The notes below the pieces were generated by a model. That model saw only the letters and a program-made list of their open reading frames with translations. It was not told the origin of the DNA and did no database searches. A DNA stretch of 64,000 nucleotides, from NCBI GenBank assembly GCA_965112735.1, contig OZ218953.1:4588001-4652000 (forward strand). Reading direction: 5' to 3'. The position numbers and the translations under genes are program-made. Origin of the DNA: Phaeosaccion multiseriatum (lineage: Eukaryota > Protista > Ochrophyta, other classes). Of the stretch, positions 50,142 through 61,673 are shown in pieces; the stretch's first letter is position 1; the number at the start of each line of letters is the position of its first letter.

Positions 50142-50382
50142 CTAGCTGCCTCTGTAGGTGGAGTATCCAAACGGGTTCAGCAGCAAGGGCACATGGTAGT
50201 GCTCCGTGTCTGTGGTCTGGAACACGATTGACACCTCAGGATAGAAGCACGCCGTACTGAGGCTCTCGTAGTAGCCGCCGGTATCGAAGTGCAGGCGATA
50301 CACGCCTTGAGAAGGTACAGAGGAACGCACAGCAGGGAGCCGAGTAGCAGCAGCAGAACCAGAGCATCAGCACCACCACCAT

Positions 50383-50419
<37 letters not shown>

Positions 50420-50879
50420 GTACTCTTACTCTCAGCGATGGTCAGTAAATGGCAAATTCCTGTCGCTCTTTTTTTCTTCTTCTATGCAGCAGGATACCAC
50501 AACAAGGCCCAATCAATCCCGACCCCCCCTGCTGCTGGTCGTAAGTCTTCCTAAACTTTTCTCCCAGGTTCTCTCACCCGGCTCTAGAAGGACGTCGCTC
50601 TTCAGCAGATCCTTCACCCGCCCATCATTGTCCGTCACCCCTTCGCCGCCCATGAGAGGAGGAGGGTAGAGAACAACACAAGTGAGCGACCTGACTGGAA
50701 GAGCACGGGGGACCCGAAGCTCATTCATTTGTTCCTTACTCTATCAGATGTTGCTCACCCTCGGCAATGAGGTTCCACTCCCCTGTTGACTCCCCTGGCC
50801 TCTGCAGGGAGATCCTCACTCCCGTGGCAGGCTTTCCCAGGCTCGTGTCCAGGATATGCGAGGTGATCTGGCTCACCAT
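50142..50879 (-). CDS. uraH: 5-hydroxyisourate (HIU) hydrolase, transthyretin-like, 115 aa (exons 50759-50879, 50578-50640, 50142-50305)
   Basis: [18 protein letters not shown]|VTDNDGR, G|[36 protein letters not shown] (YRGS signature). Confidence 0.93.
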
Positions 50880-51386
50880 ACTCCACGCAGCAGCAGAGCA
50901 AGAGCCAAAGGGAAATAGAATGGGGGAAGAGTGAGCGTAAAAGTGTAAAAGTAATGGATGGCAACTAACGGCTTCGTGCGTGCCAAACTCCGAAAGTTCG
51001 ATCAAAGTTCCCGCCCTCAATTATTTTTCCCTTTCTTCCTTAAAGCCAGGGCTTATACAGCCGACAGATACAAAGGTAGATGCACAAATAATGAGTCTCT
51101 ACCCTTCTTTCCTTAGTTTAATGCGCTGTGTCCACAGGAGCCCTGTTGCTGCTAACCATTCCGTACATAACCTTAAGTTCGTCAGAACAACTCCTCACAA
51201 TCCTTTCCTTCCTCTCCCCCTCTCCACCTCCTCTCTTCCTTCCTCAACCTTAAAACTGATGAACTTCTCACAGTCCTTCCCCACCTCCCCCACTCTCCAA
51301 TTCCGCTCTTCCTTCCTCACAGCATCCCTACTATTCAGCGCCAAGTCTTCGACTGACCAAAGCTGTTACGCTGCTGAGCGGGGGGC
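50880..51386. promoter_or_regulatory. Putative bidirectional promoter shared by HIU hydrolase and guanine deaminase
   Basis: 507-bp head-to-head spacer between two genes of the same pathway; a diverged copy lies upstream of the chimera (~44497-44850). Confidence 0.5.
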
Positions 51387-54300
51387 ATGCCGCCCAATGC
51401 GGACGCCCACCAGGATAACGGAGTGGACGAGTGCAGGCATCCGGCGAGGCGAGCTTTCAGAGGGTCAATCATACACTCGTTGGACCTCGATGATCTTGAG
51501 ATCATCGCGGATGGGCTTATTATTATCGACGCGGATGGAGTCATTCTGCAGCTGCTGGACCTCAGCAGCGAGGAGAGCACTTTGGCCCTGGAGAGAGACT
51601 TCTCGGAGATTGAGATCGCAGACCACAGCGGGCAGCTCATCATCCCGGGCATGATTGATGCTCACTGCCACGCACCTCAGCACCTCTTTGCCGGGACGGG
51701 CATGGACCTGCCGCTGCTGGATTGGTTGGAGCGATACACCTTCCCCACGGAGGCCAAATTCTCAGATGAGAGCATGGCTGCTGAAGTGAGCATAGACCAG
51801 AGCTTCGAGATAGAGCAGTAGGAGAGGCCTACCTCGCTTTGCAGAGTGGAGTACGCGCGCGCCCTTTCTCTCTCCCTCCCTCTCTCTCTCTCTCTGTGTG
51901 TGTGTGTATGTGTTTCTCTCTCCTTCACTCACTGTCGGTCATTCTCTGCTGGAACACACGTCGCGCCCCCACCTACCCCTCTCCGCGTCCCTCCAGGTTT
52001 ACGAGAAGGTCGTTGCTCGCCACCTCAAGTCCGGCACAACCTTTGCCTCTTACTTCGCGACCATCCACACAAACGCAAGTATAGCTCTGGCTCAGGCATG
52101 CAACAAGGCCGGCCAGCGCGCGTACATTGGCAAGGTTACAATGGACCGCAACAGCCCGGACTTCTACATTGAGGAGGCCGATGAGGCTGTCAAGGAAGCA
52201 GAGAGCTTTGCGGTTAAGGTGCTCAACATGAACGCGGTGAGTGGGCGGGTCTGAGGCGCAGAGGTTGCTCTGCCTGTTCCGTGTCCTCCTCGCCCCTTTC
52301 TTCTCTGACTCTCCCCCTCTCTTTGTCTCCCTGTGTCTGTCTCTCTGTATCTCTCTCTGTCTCTGACTGTGTGTGTGCCTCTCGCTCTCTCTCGCGCGCT
52401 CTCCCTCTCTACTGTCTCTCTCACGACGCAGCGCGGCGCCAAGCACTCTGCCGACTGCGAGGCCTTCTGGAGGGGGGAGAGCAGTGAACCCCCCCCTCCG
52501 CTGCTCAACCAGAGACACACACCCACTGTGCTACCGTGTATCACTCCGCGCTTTGTGCCCTCTTGCACGGGGGCTACGATGGAAGGCCTTGGGAACATCG
52601 CGAAGAAGTTCACTTTGCCTGTGCAGGTACGCACCAAACACGCATGCATTACGTATCATCACACACACGCACATACACGCACACACACGCGCAAGTACAC
52701 ACACACAAGCACACATACACATATGACATACACATATCACATACACACAGGCAAGAACACACACACACACATAAGCACACACACAAACGAAACGGGGAAA
52801 TCAGCGCGGAGAATTAAGAGGAGGAAGCAAAGGCGCAAGCCAAGCGTATCCACCAAACTCAAGCCCTTCCTCCACGACCTGTCCCTCCGCCCACCCCTTA
52901 CTCCTCATCTTCAGTCGCACTTGAGTGAGAACCCAGACGAGATTGCGTGGGTGAGTGAGCTCCACCCCGACTGCGAGACATACGCGCATGTGTACGAGAA
53001 GTACAATTTACTCGGCCCCTCTTCCTTCATGGCCCACTGCTGCCACTCGCCCGAGACGGAGCTGACACTGCTCGCGAAGTCTCAGACCGGAGTAGTGCAC
53101 TGCCCCTCGTCGAACCTGATGTTGTGTTCGGGTATCGCGGATATCAAGGTAAAGGCTTCACATTCAGTCCATCACTCCCTTCCTCATTTCATTACTCCCT
53201 CACTTCCTCACTCACTCACTCACTCACTCACTCACTCACTCACTCACATACACACTCATTCACTCTTTCCCTCACGTACTCACCCACTCCCTCCCTCTCT
53301 CTCTCCCTCACTCCTTCTCTTGCTTCCCCACAAATTCCCTCCCTGCCTCCTTTCCTTAGAAAATGTTGAGTATGGGCATCAATGTTGGGATCGGTACGGA
53401 TGTGGCTGGAGGCTTCAGCCCGAGTATGTTCGATGCAATGCGCCTCACCCTCCAGTCTTCCCGGTGAGTGGGATGAGAGTGAGTGAGTGAGTGAGTGAGT
53501 GAGTGAGTGAGTGAGTGAGTGAGCGAGCGAGCTTGCCTCGCTCCTCCGCCTGATCGACCAAATCTCTTCAGAACCCCGCCCTTCTTACTTTTATCCATAT
53601 CTCACTGTGGCTTTCCTTATCGTAACTTGCTCGCTGCCTCCACCTCAATCCTCAACACCTTCATATACAACCTGAAGAGCTCACGCGCTGGCCAAGTATC
53701 AGAGTCCGCTAGCGACACCCCAGACACGTAAGTTCAACACTTAGTTCAACACTTTCCTCCTTCTGGTCCAAACTACATGTGCCCGTTCGCCCTCCTCCGT
53801 TTCTGTCTTATCTTGTGCCCCCCTCCCCTCGCCGACCCCCCGATCTCCTCATTTTACTTTTTCGCTCTTCTGCGTTGTTCACAAAAGGTGTGTCGATTGC
53901 GGACACTCTGAGCGTCCGAGAAGTATTCTACTTGGCCACCGTGGGGAACGCACAGGTGTTGGGCAACGGTAAGATGCTCGGCAACTTCCTCCCCGGCAAG
54001 AAGCTCGATGCGCTGGTGGTGAATGTGGACACAGGGGCAAGCTTCGACGTGTTTGGGCATGAAGGGCTCGAGGAGCTCTTCTCCAAGTTCATCTTTCAAG
54101 GCGACGATCGGTGCATCAGCAGCGTCATTGTCAATGGGGAATATGTGCTGGGCAGGGAGAAGGCAGTGGCGGTTACGTCCGAAGAGTCGTTTGCCTCTCA
54201 TGCCGCGATTGAGACGGTGCATGTGCTGGAGGAGATGGAGAAGACTTTCAACAAGCGAGTGCAGGATAGTTCCAACTTTATCAAGACGGCCCACCCTGCC

Positions 54301-54423
54301 AGTGAGAGCGTCACGTCCAGCACCGTGTCCAGCAGCACGACGCAAACCTCGACTCGCGCTGGCACGGGCATGCGGGGTAGCACGAGTTTCGCAAACCTGC
54401 CGGAAGATGAACAAGTGAGCTAG
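51387..54423 (+). CDS. GDA: Guanine deaminase (7 exons)
   Basis: IPGMIDAHCHAPQ, LPLLDWLERYTFPTE, SGTTFASYFATIH, GKVTMD, ITPRFVPSC, Q|SHLSEN, AHCCH, HCPSSN, GIGTDVAGG, FYLATVG.A, GNFLPGKKLDA, GDDRCI; GT-AG phases consistent. Confidence 0.95.
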
Positions 54424-55093
54424 GGAGGGGGGTTTGGGTGTAGCTGTTTGGTGGATCGGAGGGGAGCAAGATGGGGTGAAGACGAGGGCGAGCAGGAGTT
54501 TGGGAGGGTTGGGTGTTACTATTGGGGGGGGGGTTGGAGGGGGCACATGTTATGAAGACGAGAGTAGTTCGGGGCGGGGGGGGGGGGGGGGGGGTGACGT
54601 GTACAAAGCACGTGCAGGGTTGACGTAAGAGAGCGCACCGACGGGAAGAAGGAAGAGGGCTTCTTCGATTGGTCTGACATTTCACGCACCTGAAGTTTGC
54701 GGGCTGGCGGCTTTTGAGGCAAGTCGGTCGAAATGGAGGGGCGGAAAGGAAAGACACCAGCGAGGGGGGGGCGGGCAGTAGGGGAAAGCAGCGGCGCATG
54801 TAAGTAGTAAGGGGAATGTATGAAGGGAAACGTAAAATATACTAAAAAAGAGCAGCCGCGAGAAGGACACTTGGTCTGTTTCTTATTTTGAAATGATGAG
54901 GTTTTCCTACTTACAAGTGTGCCTCAGTAATCGGGCTCTTATCCCTGCAACGCCTTCGCCTATGTACATGGCGCCCTCGTTATGCGCGTTTTGTTGCGCT
55001 GTGCTTCTATCCGAAGTCAAACAAAAGTCTCCCCTTCACCCCTCTGCCAAGTGGGCCCTCCCCTTCACCCCTCTGTCAAGTGGCCCCACCCCT

Positions 55094-56571
55094 TCAGACC
55101 TCGGCCAAGTGGGACGAGTCGGGTGTGAGCCGAGCTTGTGTGCGGTACAGCTCTCTGTGGTGCTTCCCGTCATTGTTGAAGGGCATGGCCTTGTGCAGCG
55201 TCTGTGTGTTGTCCCAGAACACAACGTCTCCCCTGCGCCACTTGTGGTAGTAGGTGAAGGAGGGGCCAGTGGAGTGATCGATCACCATGGTGAGTAGCCT
55301 GCCGGCGTCCTCCTTGGACAACATCAACTCCTTCTCCTTGGCCTCGTCTTGGCCTTGGTACCGCATAACTTTCATGTGTGGGGACCCTACGTAGAGGTTC
55401 GGCTTCCCGTCTCCCGAGGGGTGCGTGTCGATGATGGGATGCCTGACTTCAGGGAAGGCGGCCAGTTCCTCTTCAACCCCGTTACGCGTGAAGTCAGCCT
55501 TGCGGTCAATGAGTGAAAAGCGCGTGTGTGTGTGCGTGCGTCAATGCGAGTGCGTGAGTTAGTCTGTGAGTGAGTGAGTGGGCGAGCGAATGAAAGGGAG
55601 AGAATAGAAAAGGAGGGAGTGGACGTGGACCTTCGAACGACTTACAATGTCTCGCACAGAAGCCACGATGACCTTATCCTGCACTAGCTGCATGAGAGAA
55701 GCTGAGAGGGTGTCACGTGCCATCCGTATGTCTGCGAAGCCCGTCTGGCCTCCGTAGCCCCCGGGAGGCGCCTGTTCCGAGTAGAGGAGAGAGACAAGGT
55801 AGCGCTTCTCCCGGGTCCAAAACTGGCCATCCTGATGCCAATAAGCGCCGAAGCTGTGCGAGGGACCTAAGGGCGTGTGTTGGTTGACAGACACCAAAAG
55901 AGTACAGGGTCAATCCGTGTCTCTCAAAGAGACCACACCCCTCGCCAGACGGATCTACATGCACTGCGCCGGTCTACTTACCCTTCCAGGTACCGTTGCC
56001 CCCCCAGAAGTTGGTAACGCGCTGAATGGCGGGCTCTCCTGGCTCGGGATCTCTTCCCTCGAAGGAGGGGGGGAGGACCACTACCTCGCCGATCCTACCC
56101 GTGAGCTCTACCTTTTGGCGGAGAACGGGTAGCGAGGTGGTTAATATCGAATATCGACTAAACTACCAAGAAGCAGACAGAGGCGTCGGACCCACCTGCT
56201 CGTGCCTCGTCAGGTTCTGCCCAGGAACCACCACCACTCCGTAGTCGTGGATCGCCTGAAGAATGGGGCGATGAGAGAGTGAAAAAAGTAAAGGAAGTCG
56301 TAAGGAAAAATCGAGAGGTGCCATCACAGAAACCGAAAGTATTGTGTACCTGCAGTAAGAAGGTTAGCTTCGCGTCATCCATTTCCTTCAGATCTCCCAT
56401 GTCCAGCAGCTCAGCACCCAGCCGTTCCGTCGCTCCGCAGAGGCCGTTGTCGCAAGCGCCCAGCACATCTTTATTGCGCCTCCCGATGTGGCCACATGTC
56501 TCTTCACCGTCCGAAGCCGCGGCGTAAAGGAAAAGGAAACCCACCACGGCCCACACCCAGAGCTTGATCAT
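55094..56571 (-). CDS. TauD/TfdA-family Fe(II)/2-oxoglutarate dioxygenase with N-terminal signal peptide (5 exons)
   Basis: LGAEL, AIHDYGVVVVPGQNLTRHEQ, WHQDG (HxD), GGQTGFAD, HPIIDTHP...LYVG, YYHKWRRGDVVFWDNTQTLHKA...RELYRT; hydrophobic N-terminus MIKLWVWAVVGFLFLYAAA. Confidence 0.9.
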
Positions 56572-56757
56572 TCAAACCACCCTCTCCTTCGCTGAGTAAG
56601 GCCGTTCCCCGCCTTAAGAAAGGAAGCGGAAAGAAAAGAAAAAAGAGGGAAGTGTGGTGGTTGTGTTGTAAGTATGGTCCAAAATCACAATTGGCAATTA
56701 ATATATTTTTTTTTCCTTTTGTCCTCCTTCGGATTCTCATCAGCTCTCACCAGCAAC

Positions 56758-57489
56758 ATGCAATCGGGATTGGGAAGGCTAACGAGGGTGATGAGGCTCG
56801 CTCCCGTCGCGCGCTCAATCTCAAGCGATGTTCGCGCCGCTCTGGCCCTAAAGTTTAGCAGTTTCGACTGGGCCGCTCTCGCGGAAGAGAAGACTCGCTT
56901 CGACAGAGATAATGAGCTGACTCAACATCTTCGAAGCGACCACGCTGGAGAGACTGGTGCCGTGTGGATCTATAAAGGCGCGGAATGGGCTCTTGCGAGA
57001 AGGCGAGGAGGGGGTCCAGCACAAGAAACATCAAAGGGAAGCGAGGATGAGACGGAAGAGAGTGCCCTGGAGGCTGCCGCATCGGCATTTGTGAGTGAGC
57101 ACTTGGAGACGGAGCAGGGCCACCTCGATGTTATTGATGCCCTGCTCAAAAAGGAGGAACAGAGCAAGCTCCTTCCCCTGTGGAGAGGGGCAGGCTGGGC
57201 ATTAGGCGCGGCCCCCACCGTTCTCGGAGGACCAAGGGCGCTCTTTTGCACGGTCGAAGCTGTGGAAACGTTTGTTGAGAAGCACTACATGGAACATATA
57301 GTACCATTGGAGCAGGAGGGGCAGTACCCGGAGCTCGTGAAGGTTCTCAAGCTGTTCTGCAGCGAAGAGGTCCACCATCGAGACGAGGCGGCCGCACGGA
57401 TTGGCGTACGGCCGTGGTACTTTAACGCGTGGGCCGTGGTGGTGGAGAAGGGGTCCATGGGAGCTGTGGCGGTTTGTAGGAGGATATGA
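56758..57489 (+). CDS. COQ7: Demethoxyubiquinone hydroxylase family (COQ7-like) di-iron protein with mitochondrial-type presequence
   Basis: LRSDHAGETGAVWIYKG, EQGH, LLPLW, TVEAVETFVEKHY, EEVHH; Arg/Ser-rich N-terminus MQSGLGRLTRVMRLAPVARSISS. Confidence 0.88.
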   Translation: MQSGLGRLTRVMRLAPVARSISSDVRAALALKFSSFDWAALAEEKTRFDRDNELTQHLRSDHAGETGAVWIYKGAEWALARRRGGGPAQETSKGSEDETEESALEAAASAFVSEHLETEQGHLDVIDALLKKEEQSKLLPLWRGAGWALGAAPTVLGGPRALFCTVEAVETFVEKHYMEHIVPLEQEGQYPELVKVLKLFCSEEVHHRDEAAARIGVRPWYFNAWAVVVEKGSMGAVAVCRRI

Positions 57490-57972
57490 AAAGCGTCGAT
57501 GCTTTGTTTGCTCCCTCACCTCCCCCCAGAGGGCTTGACGAGCACTTGCAGAGAACAAGTGTACCGTGTGCAGGGCCTGCTGCATCTGCTGCAATGGCCA
57601 CCTGAGAAGAGTAGTCTTGAACCACGAGGTGTGGACAAGCGCCCACTGGTCGGCCAGCAATATTGGCTTGTGCCGCCGAGCCCGCCTCAAGATCTTGTGC
57701 TGGGCCTTCGCCTTCGAGCGGCCGCCACATGGGGAGCGTGATTTAGGCCTTAACCGCGTAGGCGGAAGGCTGTTGTTCCTTGTGGCCAAACCGCCTGCGA
57801 AGGCTGTGCATCTCCATCTCTCGCACGCAGAAGTAGTATTTGGTAGAGCGTTTCGCTGCTCACCGAAAGGTGGTGGAGCAGCTGCAGAAGTAGCGAGAGC
57901 AGCAAGAGGGAGGCTTCCCCCCAAGTGTGATCAAGGGCTGGTTTGGGTGCCGGAGAGACCCTTCTCCGCTAC

Positions 57973-58227
57973 TCGGCCCCTGACAAGGTTCCAGGTTCTG
58001 GCCGGCGCCAGCCGGCCAGGTTCCAGGTTCTGAAAAAAAACGTATAATAGGTTCCAGGTTCCCCGGAAAAAGCCGTGTAATAAGGCAATGATAAGGTCCC
58101 CCTGAACCTGGGAGAACCTGGGTTCCAGGTTCTGGCCGGCGTCAGCCGGCTCCAGGTTCTGGCAGGCGTCAGCCGGCCAGGTTCCAGGTTCTGGCCAGGG
58201 TCGACTCAGAACCTTGTCAGGGGCGGA
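57973..58227. mobile_element. MITE (255 bp) with 19-bp TIRs and 6-bp TSD CGCTAC; related to the element at 10588
   Basis: Left TCGGCCCCTGACAAGGTTC; right reverse complement TCCGCCCCTGACAAGGTTC; CGCTAC at 57967-57972 and 58228-58233; internal AGGTTCCAGGTTCT and GGCCGGCG(C/T)CAGCCGGCC repeats. Confidence 0.85.
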
Positions 58228-58596
58228 CGCTACTGCCCACTCTCTCTCTGCGGGCTCGGCCGAAATTGTTCGTGTCCATACCTGAGACGCAGGCAGACAT
58301 CAGCTTGCAAGCGCAGGCAGTTGTAGTGCTGAAGGGGGCTTCGTTATGGGCGCGCCATAGTTTCCCGATAGTTGTCCGTAGTCACGATTTTTTTTTCCCC
58401 CAACTATAATGAACTACAATGAATACCCCCTCGATACAAAAATATTTACACTGCGCTTGCATGGCTGGCCAGTGAGCGGAATAGCGTGAACGAAAATAAA
58501 GAATCCTAAGCAACCTAAGCGACATCGATGGAGAGGCCAAGTCCTTCGCATTTCCAATCCAGTCCGTCTTCTACTACTGTAGCACTCTGCGTGCTC

Positions 58597-61500
58597 TCAC
58601 TCCAGCTTTTCAGTCTTGCCGGAGGCCTCTCCCGCCCCTCCATCCTCCGTCACAAGACTCTGAAAGCCCTCCAGCACGCCATCGGCCACCTTCTGCACCT
58701 TCGCCGCCGAAGGAAGGCCTTTGACCTTGATGCTCACCCACTTGAGCATGCCCAACACCGACTTGGCGTGGGCCCGGCGAGCGGCCTCCGTCTTGGCACA
58801 CACGCCGGACATCTCTCTAACGAGAGACTCGAGGCCCTTCTTGGTCTCTGGGGCATCTTCACCAAGCATCTCCTCGTGCTCCTCAAGATTGGCGGTTTGC
58901 CTCTCCAACTGATCCCCGGCCTTCTTGAGCTTCTTCGTCAGGTAATCCTGCAGCGCCACGTGTGCCACCTTGGTGGCCTTGAGGCCGGCAATGAGCACCT
59001 CCTCCTCCTGCACGGCCCTCTTCTCCATCTCTTGGATGCGCTCTTGACATGAGGTGCGGTACGTCCGAGAGTACGACTCTGCGATTTGTCGGCACAGTGC
59101 GGTGATTTCTTTTCGGAGCTTCAGCTCCAGCCTTGCCCGATTCAAGTCATTTGCCTCCTTTTCAATATCATGCGTGGCCCTCTTTCGCCCCTCGATGAGG
59201 TACAGCAAAGGCTTGGACTCGTCAGTCAGCCCGTCCAGCAGTGCTCTCATCCCATTTTCAGGCCCGATGAGCCGTTCAATGCTCTGATCTGCCGTTTCCT
59301 TGCTGCGCTTGGCCGTCTCCAGGTCCCTCTCATGGCCCTCAAGCCTCGACCGCCAGTACCCCTCGTCCGTCAGAGTCGCAGCTTCGCTCAACAGGCCCTG
59401 CATCTGCGGCTCCCATCCTCTCGACGCGCTGTGGAGGAACTGCCCCACGTTGGCCACATGCTTCATGGTAACCGCTGCGAGCTTGGTCGCCTTGACCGCT
59501 GCCTGGAGCCCATCCCTCAGTTCCTTCTCCGCGGCTCGCCCTCTGCCTGCAGGACGGCCCGAGCCTCCGCCAACCCCCCCTCCTGCAGCAGGGGACTTTT
59601 GTGGCACCACTGCCGCTGCTGCTGCTGCGTCCGTCGTTGGGGGAGGACCAGCCACGTAGTCGTCACTGGTACTGCTGCAGTCGTCGCTCTTCCTTGGCGC
59701 GCAGTAAGGCTCCTTATTACTCTCCTCAGTCACCTGCTTCAGTCCCGTGATGACTGTATCCAGCGTGGACATGAACAGACCGGAGGGCCCCTGACCGGCC
59801 CCCTCCACGGGGTGGGGAGGAAGCCCTTCCAAGGCAGAGACGGCCTTCAGCACGGCCTTAACGTGGTTCATGACCACACCCGCATCCCATCCATCGGTAC
59901 CGAGCTTTCTAAAGACCGCCTCCGCCAACCGTCGCTTCTGCTCGGGGTCTTCAGTTGTCCACGCCTGCTTGCCCATTGCATTGATCTTCGGGCAGCCGGA
60001 GAGCGTGCCCTGGGCTTCGCGCCCCCGCCTTCCTCCGCTGCCTCCCACAACCTCCCACTCTCCACCTCCATCGCCCGCGTCGTCGATGAGGGTCATGAAG
60101 GAAGGCTTGGGAGAAGAGTGAGGGGACGGGGGGGCTGCTCCTGCTGATGGGGGCACCCCCGCTCCCCGCGCCACCACATTCGACCACGACCGCTGCGGCG
60201 CATTCGAGTCCTTTCCTGCCGCTGCTGCTGCTGCTGCTCCTCCATTTGCTCTCTCCGCTTGAGCCGCCTGCTCAGCGGTGGCTGTGAGTGTGTGGCTGGC
60301 TCTGCGAGCGGCAGCACGACCACCACTACCCTCGCTGGTAGTCCCGGAAGTCCCAAAGGCGCGGGGCGAAGTGCCAGACAAGGGAGAAGCGGCAGCTGAG
60401 ACCGTAACGGCATCATTGGGGTTGAGTAGGAGGGCCAGGTCGTCTTCCATGGGGAGGGTCAGCGGGGGGCCAGTAGTGGCAGGCTCGCCCTTCTCCAGGC
60501 CCGCCAAGTGTGCCAGCCTTCGTGCTTCGTTGACGGGGTCGAGAGGCTTGGCCTCATCGGGCCTGGCGATCTCAGAACCGAGCACCTCATGGATCTGTGC
60601 CAAACAAACAAAGAGAGTATCACATAGACAAACCATGGCCCAAGCCCAAACGGGGATGAGAGGGAGGGCGCAAATGGGGCGGTTGCCAGTCTGCCGAGGC
60701 TGGAGCACTTCCAAGGAAGCAGGTGCAGCGAATTCCCGACACCCATATTTCTCTACCTGTTTCACTACTCACTTTCTCGCTCACGCTGACTGACTGCTTC
60801 TGTTGCTGGCCGTCCTCTCGGCGCCGTTTCTTGGCCTGCTTGCAGACCGGATGGAGGGCAAGCAAGGAGAGTGAGAAGCCTTCATCATTGGGGATATGTG
60901 AAACCCCCACTCCTCCTTCCTTCCTTCCTTCCTTCCTTCCCGCCTTATCCCCTTTCCTCCCTCCTTTCCCTTACTCACCGCCTGGGAAGAAGAAGAGTCT
61001 CCCCTTTCTTCTCTCTCCTCCTCCACCCGCTGATCATCCCTCCCCCGCTTTTGCGCATTGTCCGTGGTGGTGGAGGCACGGGAGGGGCGCGGCGCCTCTC
61101 GCAGAGGCTGGCAGAGGCCGCGGGTGAGCAGCAAGTTCACGGCCTGCAACCGATTGTTGCCCTATGATGGGCAGAGAGAGGGGGAGGAGCAAAGGCAGAG
61201 AGGGTTGAGTTGGCGGGAGAGGGGAGTGGTGGGGGGAAATGGCGGGAAAAGGGAGCAATTCGAAAAGCAGAGAAAGCGGGACATCAAAGGTGGCACTGGT
61301 GCGGAGAATGGGAAAGGGGGGTGGGGAGGAGGCGGGGGTGATGTGAAGCGGCAAGAGAGAGTGAGGTGCACACGGAACAGACACGAACCGTGTGGTGGGA
61401 AGAGAGACGAATTGGGAGGAAGACCACTCAAGGCGAAGGCGAAAGACTCACCGCTTCCACCAAGGCCATTTCCACAGCTTCTTCGCTCACGCTCTTGCCC

Positions 61501-61673
61501 AGATCATTGATACTCTTCAATATGATGGCGGCGTTCGACGCTTGCTGTCCGGAGGAGGAAGGAGGCTTTCCTGCAGCGTCTGATTTGCCAGATCCAGGAA
61601 AGCCATCTCCACCTGAAGCGTCTACAGAGGTGGTAACTTCCAATCCTTTCTGGCGAGACTCTTGTGCCCCCAT
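58597..61673 (-). CDS. Uncharacterised protein with N-terminal UBA-like segment and C-terminal coiled coil (about 4 exons)
   Basis: MGAQES start; IILKSINDLGKSVSEEAVEMALVEA|GNNRLQAVNLLL resembles a UBA domain; long final exon ~58597-60595 with a heptad-rich C-terminus. Confidence 0.65.

Larger units (their letters stand above)
37749..51587. repeat. Tandem segmental duplication: unit 1 ~37749-45050, unit 2 ~45051-51587
   Basis: Near-identical sequence from mid malate synthase through allantoicase, HIU hydrolase and the guanine deaminase 5' end occurs twice. Unit 1 carries ~0.9 kb of extra foreign sequence (~43570-44495). Confidence 0.92.

Noticed and set aside
37749-51587. Duplication as a pure assembly artefact
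   Set aside because: The copies differ by an insertion, pseudogenising lesions, minisatellite copy number and clustered substitutions, and have a clean microhomology junction. Not fully excludable without reads.
57490-57966. ORFs between COQ7 and the MITE
   Set aside because: No start context, motifs or splice support in any frame.
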